Origin: Fimicolochytrium jonesii
Taxonomy: Eukaryota
DNA: 64,000 nucleotides
NCBI RefSeq assembly: GCF_025526975.1
Contig: NW_026515679.1
Location: 124,001 to 188,000, forward strand
Reading direction: 5' to 3'
Part shown: positions 10,843 through 24,654 of the stretch, piece by piece
Layout: each line of letters begins with the position of its first letter
Numbering within the stretch: the first letter of the stretch is position 1
Notes under the pieces: model-generated
What the model was told of the DNA's origin: nothing
Databases searched by the model: none
Seen by the model: only the letters and a program-made list of their open reading frames with translations
Made by a program: the position numbers and the translations under genes

Positions 10843-12346
10843 AGTTGGGAATGATATCATATGCACATACTGTATGTACGCTGCGGGATGAAGAAAAAGC
10901 GAAAGTTCAACGTCACCTCACCTCCTGCGGTCAACCTGTCAGTGGGAGCGTTCTGCTTGCTAAATCGAAGTTGGGCAATTGGCCCGTCCGGAAGCGGCTT
11001 GGGTTCTCTACGAAGAAAGGTAATACCGCAGGAGCTCACGCCTCGCTCCATGAGAGTCACCTTCGTCATCTTACAAGTTAGGATGCAGTTGCTGCATTAT
11101 TGCATGGGTCTTTTCGAAGCTCCCGGTAGATCATATGGGTGGCGGTCGGATCCCATGCGGCATACTCGACCTGCTCCCTGCTCCAGTAGTCAGACCCACC
11201 GCTCCACCGCGACAGTGCACAATGAATGAATCCGTGGGGCTACCCCGTAGTGGGTAGCCAAAACTCTCAGACCGATCCTAAAGATCGAAAATCAAATCCG
11301 GTTTGAATCGACATGGTGGGGTTGTTTAATATGTTGCGGAGATGCTGCGCGGCCGAATAAAGCATTCTGCATCGCATTGTACCTTTCAAAAACCTCTTTC
11401 CCTCGCCATTGGCCCCATGGGAACGATCGAGCTGTTTTTTCCTGATATTTCTTCATGGAACGTGTACCAGGGTTTCCGGATGTTATTACTATTCTGATGT
11501 ATCTTGCCGCCATGAACGGCTTTCGTGATGTTATCGTCATCGAGGGGGTCCCATACAAATTGTGAGTTTCGTCGGGATCGATGGACACAATGATGGCAGG
11601 GAAACTGCCGTCCGTGTGAGGAACAGCTATCTGCATGACTGCAATGTGATTGTCGGTCCGAGCATTCTCCGGATATCCCACTCAAAGTCGATCCCCTCCA
11701 GAGTTGACGGTCCTATTCTTGATGAGCGCATGGGCTATGTTGCAGTCCTGAGAGGGAAGGAAAGCGTGATGATGTTGCGGAGGTCCATAACTGCGGGCTT
11801 CAGAACCAAAGGTATAAGTCACTGGAAATGTTGGCCAGCAAGCCTTTTGACGATACTGAGCGAAAGAAGTAGATGGCTTATGCACGTGATATAACGACGG
11901 GCTCAGCAGCCGAATATCGCCACGGACGACGTGCAAATTCCTAGGTTCCAAAGAAGACAGTAGCAAGTCCTCGGCAAACGGTCGGCCTCCGTTGCTGGGT
12001 CTCCAAAGTGTCGTATGAGTGGTCGGAAGACATTATACAGAGGTCGTGCAAACGCAAGCCGAAACTTCAATTGTCAGGGGGAGCAACCGCAAGCCTCGGG
12101 AAGCCCAACGAGTTTTCGGCGTCGCATCACGTAGGCATTTCCGCTCATGGCAGGCTCATGGATGAATACCGACAGATTGTCTTCTACAAATTACTCGGAA
12201 GTGTGTGTTTATGCCAAGAGATTGTCTTTTACAAGCATATGATGAACAATGAAAGGCCGTGTACAAGAAATGAATGCAGTCCGGAGTGAATACAGATCTT
12301 CATATGAAGTACGAACCAATATTCAGATCACTCGTCGCAGTTTGAT

Positions 12347-13100
12347 TTAAGCGCCGGTACCGTTCAACTCTGAATCGCTGGCTTCATTGATAGCAGGGAC
12401 CGGAGTGGAGGTGGGGATTGCAACCTTGGTGGGGCAGGCCTCGTCGGTATCCGTCACGTAGCTGATGAAATTGGCCGAGGAGGTAGTTAGAGTGGGCTCG
12501 GTGAAGCTGCCAATTACCTATCTGAAAAATACACAAAACTTACATCTTTGGTGACTCGATGATATTGATACCAGTCACTTTGTATTCGGCACGCAGAGTG
12601 TAGCCGTCGCTAGAGCGCAATATACGGTGCTCCGGAAGGGTAGCTGTGACGGTGTGGAAGCCATCGGGTCCGGCCTCGCTAACCTTTACATCGTCGAGGT
12701 CGGGGTTGCCAATCGCTGAGAGGAGATGGCCGTCCAATTCCCTGTAGTGATGCATTGAGATAATCGTAAGCGGTCAGAAAGCTCAATCGGATAGATCACA
12801 TCAAGAATGCAGGTGCCTACCAGGACACCGCCGACCACCATTGCAGCAAAGGTGTGCGACGCCACTTGAACTGGAAGGTGACCGTCTGGCCAGCAATCCA
12901 TTGGCATTTTTCCTATGAGACACCCGACGAAGGATGAGACCAACACTTCTTCACATAACTCCCTCAAACGACCCATTCCAGATTCTTACAGTTGGCAAGC
13001 CCTTGAAGTACGCCATGTCTTCAGCAGAGGTCAACGGACCCCATGGCAAAGCGACGGCGGATCCGACAAACGCTGCGAGGAGGACAGAGAGGAAGCGCAT
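12347..13100 (-). CDS. Secreted protein of unknown function (4 exons)
   Basis: Signal peptide MRFLSVLLAAFVGSAVALP; GT-AG introns join it to EKCQWIAGQTVTFQFKW..., ELDGHLLSAIG...YTLRAEYKV and a Thr/Pro-rich tail ending at TAA 12347. Confidence 0.65.
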
Positions 13101-14124
13101 GTTGATCGCTGGAGAGTTGCCGAAACTTATAGAGTAGGAAGGAGCGATGATGTATCTTTGCAGCGATTTTCAGGAAGTGATCTGAGCGATTGGGCGGAGA
13201 ACTTCTGGCGTTCCATCTTGCTTTTATACCCGTCCGTCTTGGCCTTCGCCGGACGCAACATTTTCTCGTTTGTTTCTTGGCAGTCGCAGATATTGAGAGA
13301 AAACGAAAAAAATGGGACAACCGTATACGACGCATCACGATGAGGTCACATATGAAATTTGGCTCGGGATCTCAACGCATATGTCTTGGAACTGGAGAAG
13401 GTTAAGCGTAGTATCGAGCTTTGCATCGGGCCAATTCGATTCACTCACACGTGGTGTCTCCAAACTTGAATATTCCTGATACCGAAGAGTTTCTGCTTGT
13501 CCGCATCATCTATGGTGTCCGAAGTCATTGTTCGTTCGCTGCAAACCGAGGCGACTGGATGTGAGGCGGGCGTTGTGAATGGGTCGGAGAGTGATACGTA
13601 AGCCTCAAACGTGGGTATTCGACAGCGCGAATCATCACTGACAGCTTCAGGCGTTTTCGCCTATCCAAGATTCGCTTTTTGGATCTATACATGTGAAAGA
13701 CCTACGCATCATGAAGTCATTCTGAGGCGGCGTCATCGATGTTGACCGCATAGGCGAGGGAAGGCAGGAAGGGATGAACTGCCGGCGCTGTACATGTAGA
13801 GATTGACCAAACAGAAGACTTGCAGGGTTGATGAAAGTATACAAAGATTCCTCAACGACCTCCAACATTCACAGAAACCATTGTGCTGGGACGTCGTGGA
13901 CTTGTCTAATCAAATGCTCTATCTGAATTTATCTATCCGACCGCGTGCTAGCTGCACCCAAGTCCCAAAACGCCAGGTCGCCGAGATCGAGGTGATCAAA
14001 CGAGTTCCGCGAGTGTTCCAATGACTAGGGACCTCGTCAGGGAATGGTCGCATCTAAACCTAATAGGAGAACCGAGATGACGCCGCAAAATCACAGACAA
14101 GCAGAGCTGTCCTGTTATCCCAAA

Positions 14125-17120
14125 TCATCGACTGGAATCCGAAGGAGTCGACGATCCAGACCCAGCCGACCCATCCCTACCCTTCCAATTACCCGCCCTC
14201 GGCACCGGCCCTCCCTTCAACTCCCTCCTCACAGCCTTTCTCGTACCCTGCAATTTCTCCCTATTTCTCGAGCTCGCTCCCGCGCGTTTCTGATGCTTCA
14301 CATCCGCCTCGATCCCAATCGCTTCCCAGCCCCACCATCCGCCTCCGACATGTTTCATCCCGAGCATGCGGCGGACTTCTTCCATCGCGGCGGAGACGTG
14401 GCTTGGGGATGAGGAGGATGTGCTGGCGTGTGGGGGAGGGCAGAGGGAAAGCATCTGTTTGGCGGGGGCGAGTTTACCGTCCTCGGCTTGTGAGCGGACG
14501 TTCTCGAAGAGGGACCATACGTCGGAAAAGTGGATGGCGGGGAGGTAGCCGAGGTAGCGGTAGGTTTGGGCCTCTTTAAGAGTGTCGAGGGCGGCGGGGA
14601 TGTCGTTGATTCTATTAGATGGACGTGGTGGATTTATCTTTGATCAGTCCATGCTAAAAATCTTCCGACAAGAGCGCGGCAAGAAACGTACCTTGTAAGG
14701 CCATTGACCACCCGAATGAAATTCGCAAGCATATGTTTTCTCCCCCTTCCCTCCACCATCCTGATCCTCTCCTTCTCCGCTTCCCGTAACCGCCCCTCCC
14801 CTCGCTCTTCAGCCCCGCGGGTCATTTCCACTTCCCGCTTCGTGTCCCACTCCCGCAGCTCGTTCCACGTTTCCAGACCGTAACTGCGCATAGATTCCTT
14901 GTTGCGCGTGATGGCCTTCAGTATAATTCCTCGCGCATACCCGTTCGGCTCGCCGATTGCAAACTCTTTATATGCGGATTTGTAGATGGCGAGGGCCCGG
15001 TCGATGCTTTTTGTGCTGGTGGGGTTACTGCAAGCTATTTCGAGATACGCATTCACTAGCCGAGCGTCTACTTTGACGACGGTTGGCGATTGTGTGGCAG
15101 ACTCCCCCAGTTCATCTTCGCTATTGACGGAGTCAATCACCGTATCGGCTTCCGTATCCGCCGCTGTTTCTGCAGAGTCCAAATCCGTCTGGGCTTCCGT
15201 ATCCGCCGCTGGCTCTGCCGAACTCAATTCCACCTGGGCTTCCGTATCTGCGGCTGGCTCTGCCGAGCTCAACTCCGCATGGGCTTCGGTATCCGCCGCC
15301 CGCTCTGCAGAGCTCGACTCCGTCTGCGCCTCTGTTGATGGTGTCGCTACAGGTTCCACGCTAGGAGCGGCAGTTTGCGGTTCGACACTCGCCTGAAGTT
15401 TCGTCAAATACGTCCAGAGCGTCTCTGCCTCTGCTAACAGAACTGCTGGGCCAGTTTCAGTAGAACTCAATTTCGGCATGGCGTTCCCCTCCTCATCCGT
15501 TATGACGAGGTCGGTCCCTTTCCCACCATCTGCTGCTGGCTGTCCGTTGGTGGCGCTGGGGGGGTCTGTTCGAACCTCCGGTTGCGCGCTTTCGGCAGCT
15601 ACGGAAGTATCGCTCTCGTTTGGCAGAAAGGACGTTGTAGAGGGACTCGGTGATGAATCGTCAGACTTCGGTGCCTTAGGCCCAGGACTCCTCTTCGTCC
15701 TTCGTGCCAATCGAATCGCGTGAGCATACGCCTCGAACATATGATAGAATGTCGACGCCGTCGGCGTAAGATCTGACCCCTGACTCCCAGCCGCTTCCAC
15801 CCTGTCCCTCAAATCGTTCCAAATCATCCGCGCACGAACGATGTCTCCCTGCAGAGCCGCTGCCTGCAACAGCACGTTGTACGTGTGAAGATTTGGCAAG
15901 AACCCCTCGGCAGCCATTTGGCCCAGAAGAGCGAAGGCGTCGTTGTAGTAATCGCTCCGGGACGCGCAAGCCTGAATCAGAGCTGTGAACGTCACATTCG
16001 TTGGCGCAAGGTTCTTTTGCGCCATTTCTTCGAAAAGCCCCAAGGCCCGTTCCGCGTCTTTCGTTTTGGAACAAGCGTGGATCATCAGAGAATATGTGAC
16101 GTTGTCTGGCACAAAAGCCGTTGAGCGCATGTGGTCGAATGTTTTCCATGCCCTGCTAACATCGTTTCCGCGCAGGCAACCCTTGATTAATGATGTGTAA
16201 ATGTGCTGTGTCGGTTGCACACCCTTCGCTTTCATACGTCCGTACATTCGGAAAGCTCCATCGACGTCCTTCCTGAGGACACATGCGTGGATGAGGATTC
16301 CGTGCGAGACAACGTCCGGAACCAGTTTCGCGGCCTCTATGGACTTGAAAACCTCGACAACCTTCTTCAAGTTTCCGACTCTACAATATGCATCCATCAG
16401 GTGATTGTACGCGACCAGGTCAGGTTTTAATCCATTTTGGGTAATCAGATCGAATGCGACCTGAGCTTCTTCAGGTCGTTCTGACACGGCGTTCACATGA
16501 ATAATCTGCGAAATGGTATGCAGCACGACTCCGCTCTCATTCTCTAATCGCTCTGCCGCGGTGCTCTCCATTTCCTGTAGATCTCGTTGCTTCTTTGCGG
16601 TAGCATCCAGAAAAGACATACGAAGCTTATGAAGGTATTCGGGGTCCAGCTTTGTGCGAATCGCAGCGCCTGGTCCTTCCGGGATTGCGTTTTCAACGGG
16701 CGCCGTCAAGGCGCTATATAAATCTTCCAAATCCGCTTCCTCCACAGGTATGTCAAGATTTTTTTCCACGTCCAAGGCAGCCGTATCCGTCATTTCTTCT
16801 GCATAGGTCGGGGCCACAACTGATAGCGCTTCCGAGAGCTGGGATCCACTGCTGGGCTGATCGATTGCCTCTTGGAGTGAGTTGATCCCAAAGTCTTCAG
16901 GGACATTGGTCGTTTCATGGTTGCGTCCAGCATTCGACTGCTGTGGGTGCGGCACGGAATACTTCCGGGTATGCAAGACGTTCGAGCGATTCAGGAGACG
17001 CTGTGGCCCTTGCGTAGATGGCAGCAGTTGCGACACTGATAAAGCTCCCGTGAATGGACTACTTCGGCCTTTCAGTGACGTTAGGCAGAACAAACAAATA
17101 GAGGCTTGCTGACGCGGCAT
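14125..17120 (-). CDS. Mitochondrial pentatricopeptide-repeat (PPR) protein
   Basis: Basic N-terminal presequence-like region; tandem 35-aa PPR motifs (PDLVAYNHLMDAYCRVG, PTQHIYTSLIKGCLRGN, PDNVTYSLMIHACSKT, PNLHTYNVLLQAAALQG). One intron (~14691-14615); last exon ends at 14125. Confidence 0.9.
15147..15330 (-). repeat. Coding 45-bp minisatellite (~4 units, SSAEPAADTEAQxEL) in the PPR gene
   Basis: Periodic GGCTTCCGTATCCGCCGCTG... at 45-nt spacing on +. Confidence 0.9.
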
Positions 17121-17560
17121 TTTGTTGAGTCGCTAGAACGGCACAAGTCCTACGAACGAAGTGACAGCCATAGGTCGGGAAAGGACAGGTATATATATAG
17201 GCTCGTCTCCTGCACGTTATGACTTTAGTGACTTGTTGGAGCTTGTTGCAGCCTGAGGAGCCTTCAACATTGGTACTGGAAGGCCTCTCCAAAAAGAATT
17301 CGCGCTCCGGTCGTGTGATGCCACGTGACTGCCGAGCGCCTCCAAATTGCGTTGCTGTTGGCCCGTCATGACGCCCAAACGGCTGGTCGATATGGCCCCA
17401 TGTTGAGGTGAGGCGGAAGGGCATCGGCACTCGGCACTTGCAGCTTCGCAAACCGCTGTCTCCGGGCCGCACCAGGTCCACTAGCTTACATTAGATCAAG
17501 GACGAGCGTTGCTCTTGCTTGGGGGTGACTGGGGGGGAAGGTGGCCCGCCACTCATAATC

Positions 17561-19808
17561 ATGGACCCAAACGCTCCCCTACCACCGCCGCAAGGGCCTA
17601 TGGGCACGGCATCCGGACTCCCACCACAACCATATCTACCCCCGCCGCAAGGGCAGGCAGGACAGGCGGTGCCACAGAACTCCGCCTATCCTTATGCCGA
17701 CTATCGCGCGTCATATGTGGACCCGAGAGCTCACCTTCCTCAGCGGACGGCGTCTGTGAGCCAACACCACCAACCCGGCATGTACGGACCGCAGGCGGGG
17801 GCACCTAGACCAATGTACGCCCCACAATACTATCCTGCACCAGCGTCGGGCGGCAGCCCGTCCTTAATCCCGGCAGGTGCGCCTCCGGCTCAACGTGCGT
17901 ATAGTGTCCCCCATCCTTATTCTCAAGCACCGCAGCAAGCGCCCTATTATCCAGGTTACAACGCACCTTACGGCAGGGTACCATACCAGCATTCTCCTCT
18001 ACATCCGCGCCCGTATCCTGTCCAAGCTCGTCCCCCACAGGGTTATCCCGGCGGTGCTGCTCCTCCACATCCCGCAGGACCTGCGTCAAACCGATATTCT
18101 GTAATGCCACCTCCGCACGGCCAACCTATATATCCTCAGCAGCCAGACGGCGACCAAATACCTCAGCAGCAGCAGCAGCATGATCCAAACGTCCAACCCC
18201 CACAGCCGCTTCAATCTCAGCAACAAATCTCATCTCCCTCACCCCTCGATGGTCGTTCATCGCCGGCACTGCAGATGCAATCTCCCAGACCTCCCGCCTT
18301 CGCTCCTAATCGCTATTCAATGATGCCTCCATCACAGCAATCTGTATATCCCAGACAAGGCGCCTGGATGCCAGAACATGGTAGGACCTTATTTGTGGCA
18401 ACTGTGAATCATTTGAGATCGGAGGTTTACGCAGCTTGCTTCTTGCAGGACCACCTCCATACCCTATGGTTAAGCGAGACTCCGTCGTCTCGAACGCCTC
18501 GTCTAACCTCTCTTCCAGATCTCAGCCCGTTCCGCCACAAACACCACAATCGGCATCTGACTATGGCTCTATACCGCCAGCTGGGACGCCTGCATCGGAG
18601 GTGACGCAGGGAGAACTGTTGCATCATACCCCGTCAATAAGAAGTGACAGGTCGGGACGACGGCAGGAACATCACGAAGGCACTTCCTACGACGAAAATG
18701 CGGCGGGTCCGGGGCAACTGCGTGTCATGCTCCAGGAAGAACTCAATAAGGCAATAGCTGAGATCTCCAGACTGAGTCTCCTCAACGATGACCTTGTTGC
18801 GCAGAAGTCTCAGGCGGAGAGTGCTCGACGAACGTCAGAAGCGGAGCGGGACAGTGCGAAAAGCGAAGTGAAGCAGCTGACAGAGCTACTGGAAATCGCG
18901 CGTGCCGAAGCTGGCGACGCACTTGGTTTGCGGGCACGAGTTACCGAACTGGAAGGGGAGGTTGACCGCATCAAACTGGAGCATGGGATGGCTCTTTCTG
19001 TCAATGAGGAAAACAAGTCTGCTCTGCAAACGATGGAGAATATGCGTCACCGGATGGCGGATCTCGAAGTGCAATTGTCACAGGCGCAGATGGCGGCGAT
19101 GCAGTTGAAGGACAGAGAGCTCTCTGCTGGATCGGAAGCTCAGTCCAGACTGGCCGAACTGGAGGAGCAAGTCAATAACTTGAGGAGAGAGCTCGCCGGT
19201 TCCCAGACGGAGGCTGCACGTTTACTCAAGCTGAAGGTATGTTATTCTCGACCAAGCTTGACAGACAAATGATTGCGAGAAACCAACACCGGCAATCTTT
19301 CCAGGGCCGCTACGAATCACACGCGTCGGAGGCCGAAAAGGTTTACCAATCGATGGTCGGCATTGTCGAAGCTGAACGCCAGCGTATCGCGTTCCTAGAA
19401 GCTAGATTGGACGAGGTGACGGGTGGCGCCTTTGGCATGGACGACGGATCCATACCTATGGACCATCCCCATCCAGTCGCACCGGAGTCAAACGCTCAAC
19501 CCGCCGGACCTCCATCTCCTACACCGGACCCACAGTGGGAACACGCACAGGCTGCATACGCTGCCGTGTCTCCCGCGGATGGCCTGGACCACCCACCCGA
19601 ATACGCCACCTATGACCGACGCGGGTCTCAACCCACACCGATGGCTCCGACCGCGGGCAACAGAGGGCAAAGGCCATACATGCCCTACATGCCTCCACCA
19701 GTACACAGCGAGCTGTCCTCTCCCCTAACAGAACATCCCCCATATGGCCGCCACCAAGGAATTCCCGATCCCGCCTTAGCGAATACGCCGACTGATGGCC
19801 AATCTTGA
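17561..19808 (+). CDS. Pro/Gln/Tyr-rich low-complexity protein with central coiled coil (3 exons)
   Basis: ORFs 17519-18604, 18436-19272 and 19239-19808 are joined by GT-AG introns; heptad-rich segment ~18720-19420. Confidence 0.75.
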
Positions 19809-20431
19809 AGATGATTTGTCGTAGATTTATCTACCTTCAGAAAAGTGAATGGATGCGGGTGTATTGAGTGAACATGTATGTATGTAGAATTGCACATAGA
19901 CCCTGTTTTACTCTCTAAATCATAATCAGCACATGCGCTTCTCGAGATTGACACTCGAGACTTATGGGGTTCGATAGTGAAAGTTGCTTTTTCCATTATC
20001 GCAGAAGGGTTGTGGCGATCGCGCTCGGTTTATGGCCCAAATTGATGTGTTGGCGAGGTTCCGCTCGTTTCCATCTTGCAGATTGTGAAGCCTCTACATT
20101 GCCGCCGTAGCAATTGGTGGGCACGAACTTCATCCAACCATACGTGTTCTCCTTGGGGAGACCGACCAGGAGTCCCCAGTAAATGGTCGTGGCGCCAGGA
20201 TGTCGACAGAGAGAATGTGTGCTCTCCATCTCACGCATATCCGGTCGTTGCAGCAAAGCTCCCTTGGCCACATGAGGGACAGTCGCCCGGTCTTCGTTGC
20301 TACCGTTTGAACGGCGTGTCTCGCGTCATGATGTGCTATAGTGGAGACCACTGTGCCTCGCTTCGAAGAGTAATATCCTATGAGGGCGTGCTTCCGACAC
20401 GAGAGAAAAAAGCGTGCGTCCTCACATCTGG

Positions 20432-23400
20432 TCATTTGGCAAATCTGCTGCTTGTTCCGGACGCGCCGGCGTCTGGGCCCCGTCCACGACCATCCCCTGT
20501 TGTTCGAGTTGGTCCTGTTGTTCGAGCTGGGCCAATTGTTCGAGCTGGGCCGGTTGTTCGAGCTGGTCGGGTTGCACGAGCGGCTTGGTAGCCGCGGCCT
20601 CTGACACCGCCCCGACCGTATATGCCTCCGGTGTGCGAGCTGGTACTAAGGATGACTGTTGGCCTTGACCCGTTCCACACGGCGCTTTCTTCCAACATCG
20701 CAGCTGCGGGGGACGCGCTCGTTTTAGATTGGAGTTGCGATGGGGAACCCACAGGAACGAACAACGGGTCCTCACCTTTACGAGCAGCTTCACGCTCGCG
20801 TTCCTCGTAGTTCAGAACCAGGCGCTTCAAGTGTTGCTTTTCTTCTTGCTCCGCTTCTTGTTTGTTACGGGTGCTGATCACAAACGAGCTGTCCGCGGGC
20901 AGTGCCATTGTCTTCGCCTGGAAAGAAAGTCAGTTAACACTTAACCCTAACCCAGAACGGATGTGAGGGGTATGTTTCACAAACCTGTTGTTTATTCCCA
21001 CGCCTAGTCAGAAGAGTGAAAGCCACTTGATCTCCCCCAATGGCCTCATTGCTCTCAGAAGCATTCGCCGCGGTCTTCATGCGCACAGGCACAGGCGCAT
21101 CGAACGCCGATTTGCCATCGCGCCGTCGTGTTTCCATGCTTTCCTGCATCATTCTGCTGAATTCGCGCTCAAACTCCTGCTCAAACTCCTGATCTACCAG
21201 ATTCTGTTCATTCCCGAAAGCCTCCTCCTCCTCAGTTTCTCCAATTTCTTCAATAACGACATCATCCACGGCCTTATCAACGTCTTCCTGCTCTTCGTCA
21301 CTGTCCCGACCGCCTCGACGCGTTGACCCTTGTTCCTTCCCGCCGTCATCTTCATCGTCGTCGTCGGATTCATCACCCGCAGCACCCCCGTTCGCACCAT
21401 TATTTATGGCTTGCATTTGCTCTGTCGCCAATTTGCTGTATTCGGCAACCGCTTCTTCGTATGTCTGCGGGATTCTCATTTTTGGGCGTAGGAGTTCATA
21501 TGTCTCGGAAATGACGAACTCGATGTCCATCGGCAGCGCCAGCTTGGTGTGGATGTACATCTACAGAATTGACCAGTCAATGTCGGTGCCCAAGTACCAG
21601 TAGGCCCTTCGATTGCACAGCTACACCAACCTGCAAGTACACCAAGAATAAATCCAACCGCTTTGCAGACATTCCGCGATCGAAGCATTGACCACAGGCA
21701 TCCAGAATGATGCAACTTAAGCGCACCCGGAAGAAATCATGCGGTGCATCCAGAACGTTACCTACGCCGTACTGTGGCATGTTATTCTCTGGAAGGCCGA
21801 ATGTTGTCAGCGCATCTGCCATGCGCTTAATGTTATCTACGAAGGTCTACACTCACCATGGCCATACGACACTATGTGGAACAGGGTCTGGAAGACCAAA
21901 GCGCTGTCGATCATTCGGTAGTTGTATAACTCGCCCAAGTATTTCGCAATTGATATGCGCCGCTGATTATGCTTGAAGATGTTTTGCTCCAGTCCCACCC
22001 GGATTTCCTCCAAGGTACTATCCACGATGCTCACACCGAAATCCGGATAGTATCGTGAGAGCTCTGACGCCATGTATGCCATCATATGCAATTGCGAGTA
22101 CTTGACTTTCCAGATCTTGCAGAAGATGTTGGTGAGCATCTTCGAGATGATCGGATCAGCCCAATTCAGTTTTCGCAATTGCTTCAGCACTTTGTCGACG
22201 GTTTTCTTCGACATATCCGAATAGATCAGCTTGCGAACATAGAGCTCCATCGGTGGACGAGCTTTGGCCTCTGTTGCCGGCTTGTCGGGAGGATTGCACT
22301 GATAATAAGCGTTCTCGATCATGAAGGTTTGTCGACTATCAACATGCTCCACGTTTTTCTTGCGCATCAAGATGTCCAAGTAGTTCGACGTTCGAAGGTG
22401 TGTCTCCGGTGACTTGAAGAGAAAGCGTCCACATGACTCTAATAGAACACAGAGGAGCTCGATGTTGTGGTGTTTGAAGTTGTCCAGCAGCACTTTGATG
22501 CAGTGGAAGATGACATGCTGTGGTGTGACCCGAAACTTGGTCAACTCGGCGAGATATCGAATGATTTTAGTCTTCTCTTCGATGAAGACTTGCTCCTTTC
22601 TTTTCTGTTGGCCATGGAACGTTTTTTCCAACTGCTCAACGACTGCAGCGCCAATCTCCGGAATGTACGCTGACACTGTGGCGATGAGTCTAGAATAGTA
22701 CGGTAAAAGCTCCATGCGTTGCCGCGGAACGGTCAACAGGACCCTGGTCAGCTTCTTCCTGGCACCCTTGGAGTTGAGGAATGCAAAATCGATAGCAATC
22801 TGATCGATCGTGTCCCGATTCAGAGCTGTCGGTAGACGATTGATGACAGATTCCAAAGCTGCGTTGCTAGCACCGGACACAGGTTTGGCATCCTTTTCTT
22901 TCGTCTCATCGTCGCCATCAAGGTCTGCTTCTTCTTCATCTACTTTCGCGTCGTCGTCCTCCTCTGGCGAAATCGGAGATGTGGCTTTGCCGTCCTCATC
23001 CTCGGAACTGATATCCGCTGTCTGACCATCGTCTGCCTGGCTTTGATGTGCATCATCCGGGCTTCCGATAGGATCTGCTGTGTCTTGGGCTTCTTCATTC
23101 AGAGAAGGCTCACTCCGAATCGCCGGCTTTTTTTCTCCCAAAAATATGGCGGGAACATGGTTCCGCAGATCAATCAGGTTCTCGTAGAATGCTTTCGAGT
23201 CGTCATCTTCCCAGGGCCCGCTCAGTGTATCCTGGTCGTCTTTTTCCCCTGTGCTGTCCGTAATGCCGATGCCCATTCGCGTGATGCTTTCATCCTCCGG
23301 AAGTGGTGGCATGGCCTGCCCCAATGTCTCTGAGAGAACCTTTGTCCCGCCGAGGAGTTTCTCGTATGCGCGAAGGTTCTTCTGATAGCGTTCCTGTCGG

Positions 23401-24654
23401 TCTTCGTTAATCTCGCCTCTCGCAATGTAATGCTCGTGATTCGATTTCTCGATGTTACGGACGCGCTGTAAACGTATGATCGCTGTTAGAATTTAGACTC
23501 ACATGTGCACAGAAGCAGGTGACAGACCTTATGTTCATGTACGAGATGCCTAACAAGACTGTTGTAGTACTCGATGAAGACCTCTCGGCATGCTGATTGG
23601 ACTTCAGCCGGAACTAAAGGTTCCTGGAAGGTGATACGTCAGCGCCGGCTCAGTAGTTCGCCCGTCTCACCTTGTACGCACCTGGCAGGTCACGGCAATG
23701 TCTTTCACTTCTTCAGTGCCGTTAGCATCAGATACTGCATCGAGCCCGGTTGGGGAGCCTTCTGTACCGAGAATGTTTTGGCCATGGTACTTTGCGAAGA
23801 CAACCGCGATCGGCAAATTGACATGCTGATCTTTGTCCGCAAGAAACTATGGACGAACATGCCATCAGCACCACCGGACTGGATGATCCTCAAGGGTGAC
23901 GTGCTTACCATGTCTTTCAGGACTTGCGGGAATGGGCAGCCTTTGCCATCTCTGATGATGCCCACGGTATACAGATCCGCCAACAATCTCAAGCTACTTT
24001 TCTGCCTCCCGATCCTGGCCACTTCTTCCTTCTCCTTTTGCTCCGGACTCATGCCATGAGTCAATGGCGGGGGACCAAGCTGCTTACACAGTGCCTGCAC
24101 AAGCTCCCCTCCGAAATTCGCAAATCGTTGATGAAGAAGCGAGCATATCTCCACTGCTGCCCATATGTCGCTAGATGTTTTGAACTTTGCTTCCGATATG
24201 GCCGCCACTATCTCTGACACATATTTTTCTAGTTTCAAAGAAACAAGCTCCTTGGATAGAGAGGCGACTTGATCGTGGGTGAGCGTCTTCAGTTTGCGAA
24301 CAAAGGAAGTATTCTTCTTGATGGAGCCATCAAGGTTTGGCTTCGTTGAAAGGTCTGTAATGGAGTTACTTGAGCCCGGGTTTCCCGGCTCTTCAGCGTT
24401 TCGAGATTGGCGGCCATACCTGGACGCTGAACATAAGCTTCCAGGTTCGCCTTCCTAAGCTCTCTTCTATGTTCCAAGTGCACTGTTTCGCCGTCCTCTT
24501 GCCCGGAAGGCTTGGTTCGTTGCTGACACAGTACGGTGAGCTACACATTACACGGGCATAGAAGAGATCGCGAGAAATATAGCAAACACACAGTAACCTC
24601 CTTCGCAGGAGCCCTGTGTCAGGAGATTCTACTCACCTCTTGGTCTGCTTGCAT
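20432..24654 (-). CDS. UPF2: Nonsense-mediated decay factor UPF2 (multi-exon)
   Basis: MIF4G motifs LEKYVSEIVAAI, LPYYSRLIATV, IRYLAELTKF, KYLGELYNY and FFRVRLSCIILDACG; acidic region; C-terminal FTLLTRRGNKQQ and EKQHLKRLVLNYEERE. Start codon tentative. Confidence 0.93.
20497..20580 (-). repeat. 18-bp coding tandem repeat (PARTTG-like, ~4-5 units) in the UPF2 tail
   Basis: GTTGTTCGAGYTGG... repeated every 18 nt on +. Confidence 0.85.

Noticed and set aside
11238..11259. Hairpin as a Helitron 3' end
   Set aside because: No CTRR terminus at the expected distance on either strand.
11292..11966. Possible kinase or other gene remnant
   Set aside because: No coherent motif set or splice model could be built.
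13400..14100. Short ORFs between the secreted gene and the PPR gene
   Set aside because: No recognisable homology or consistent exon chain.
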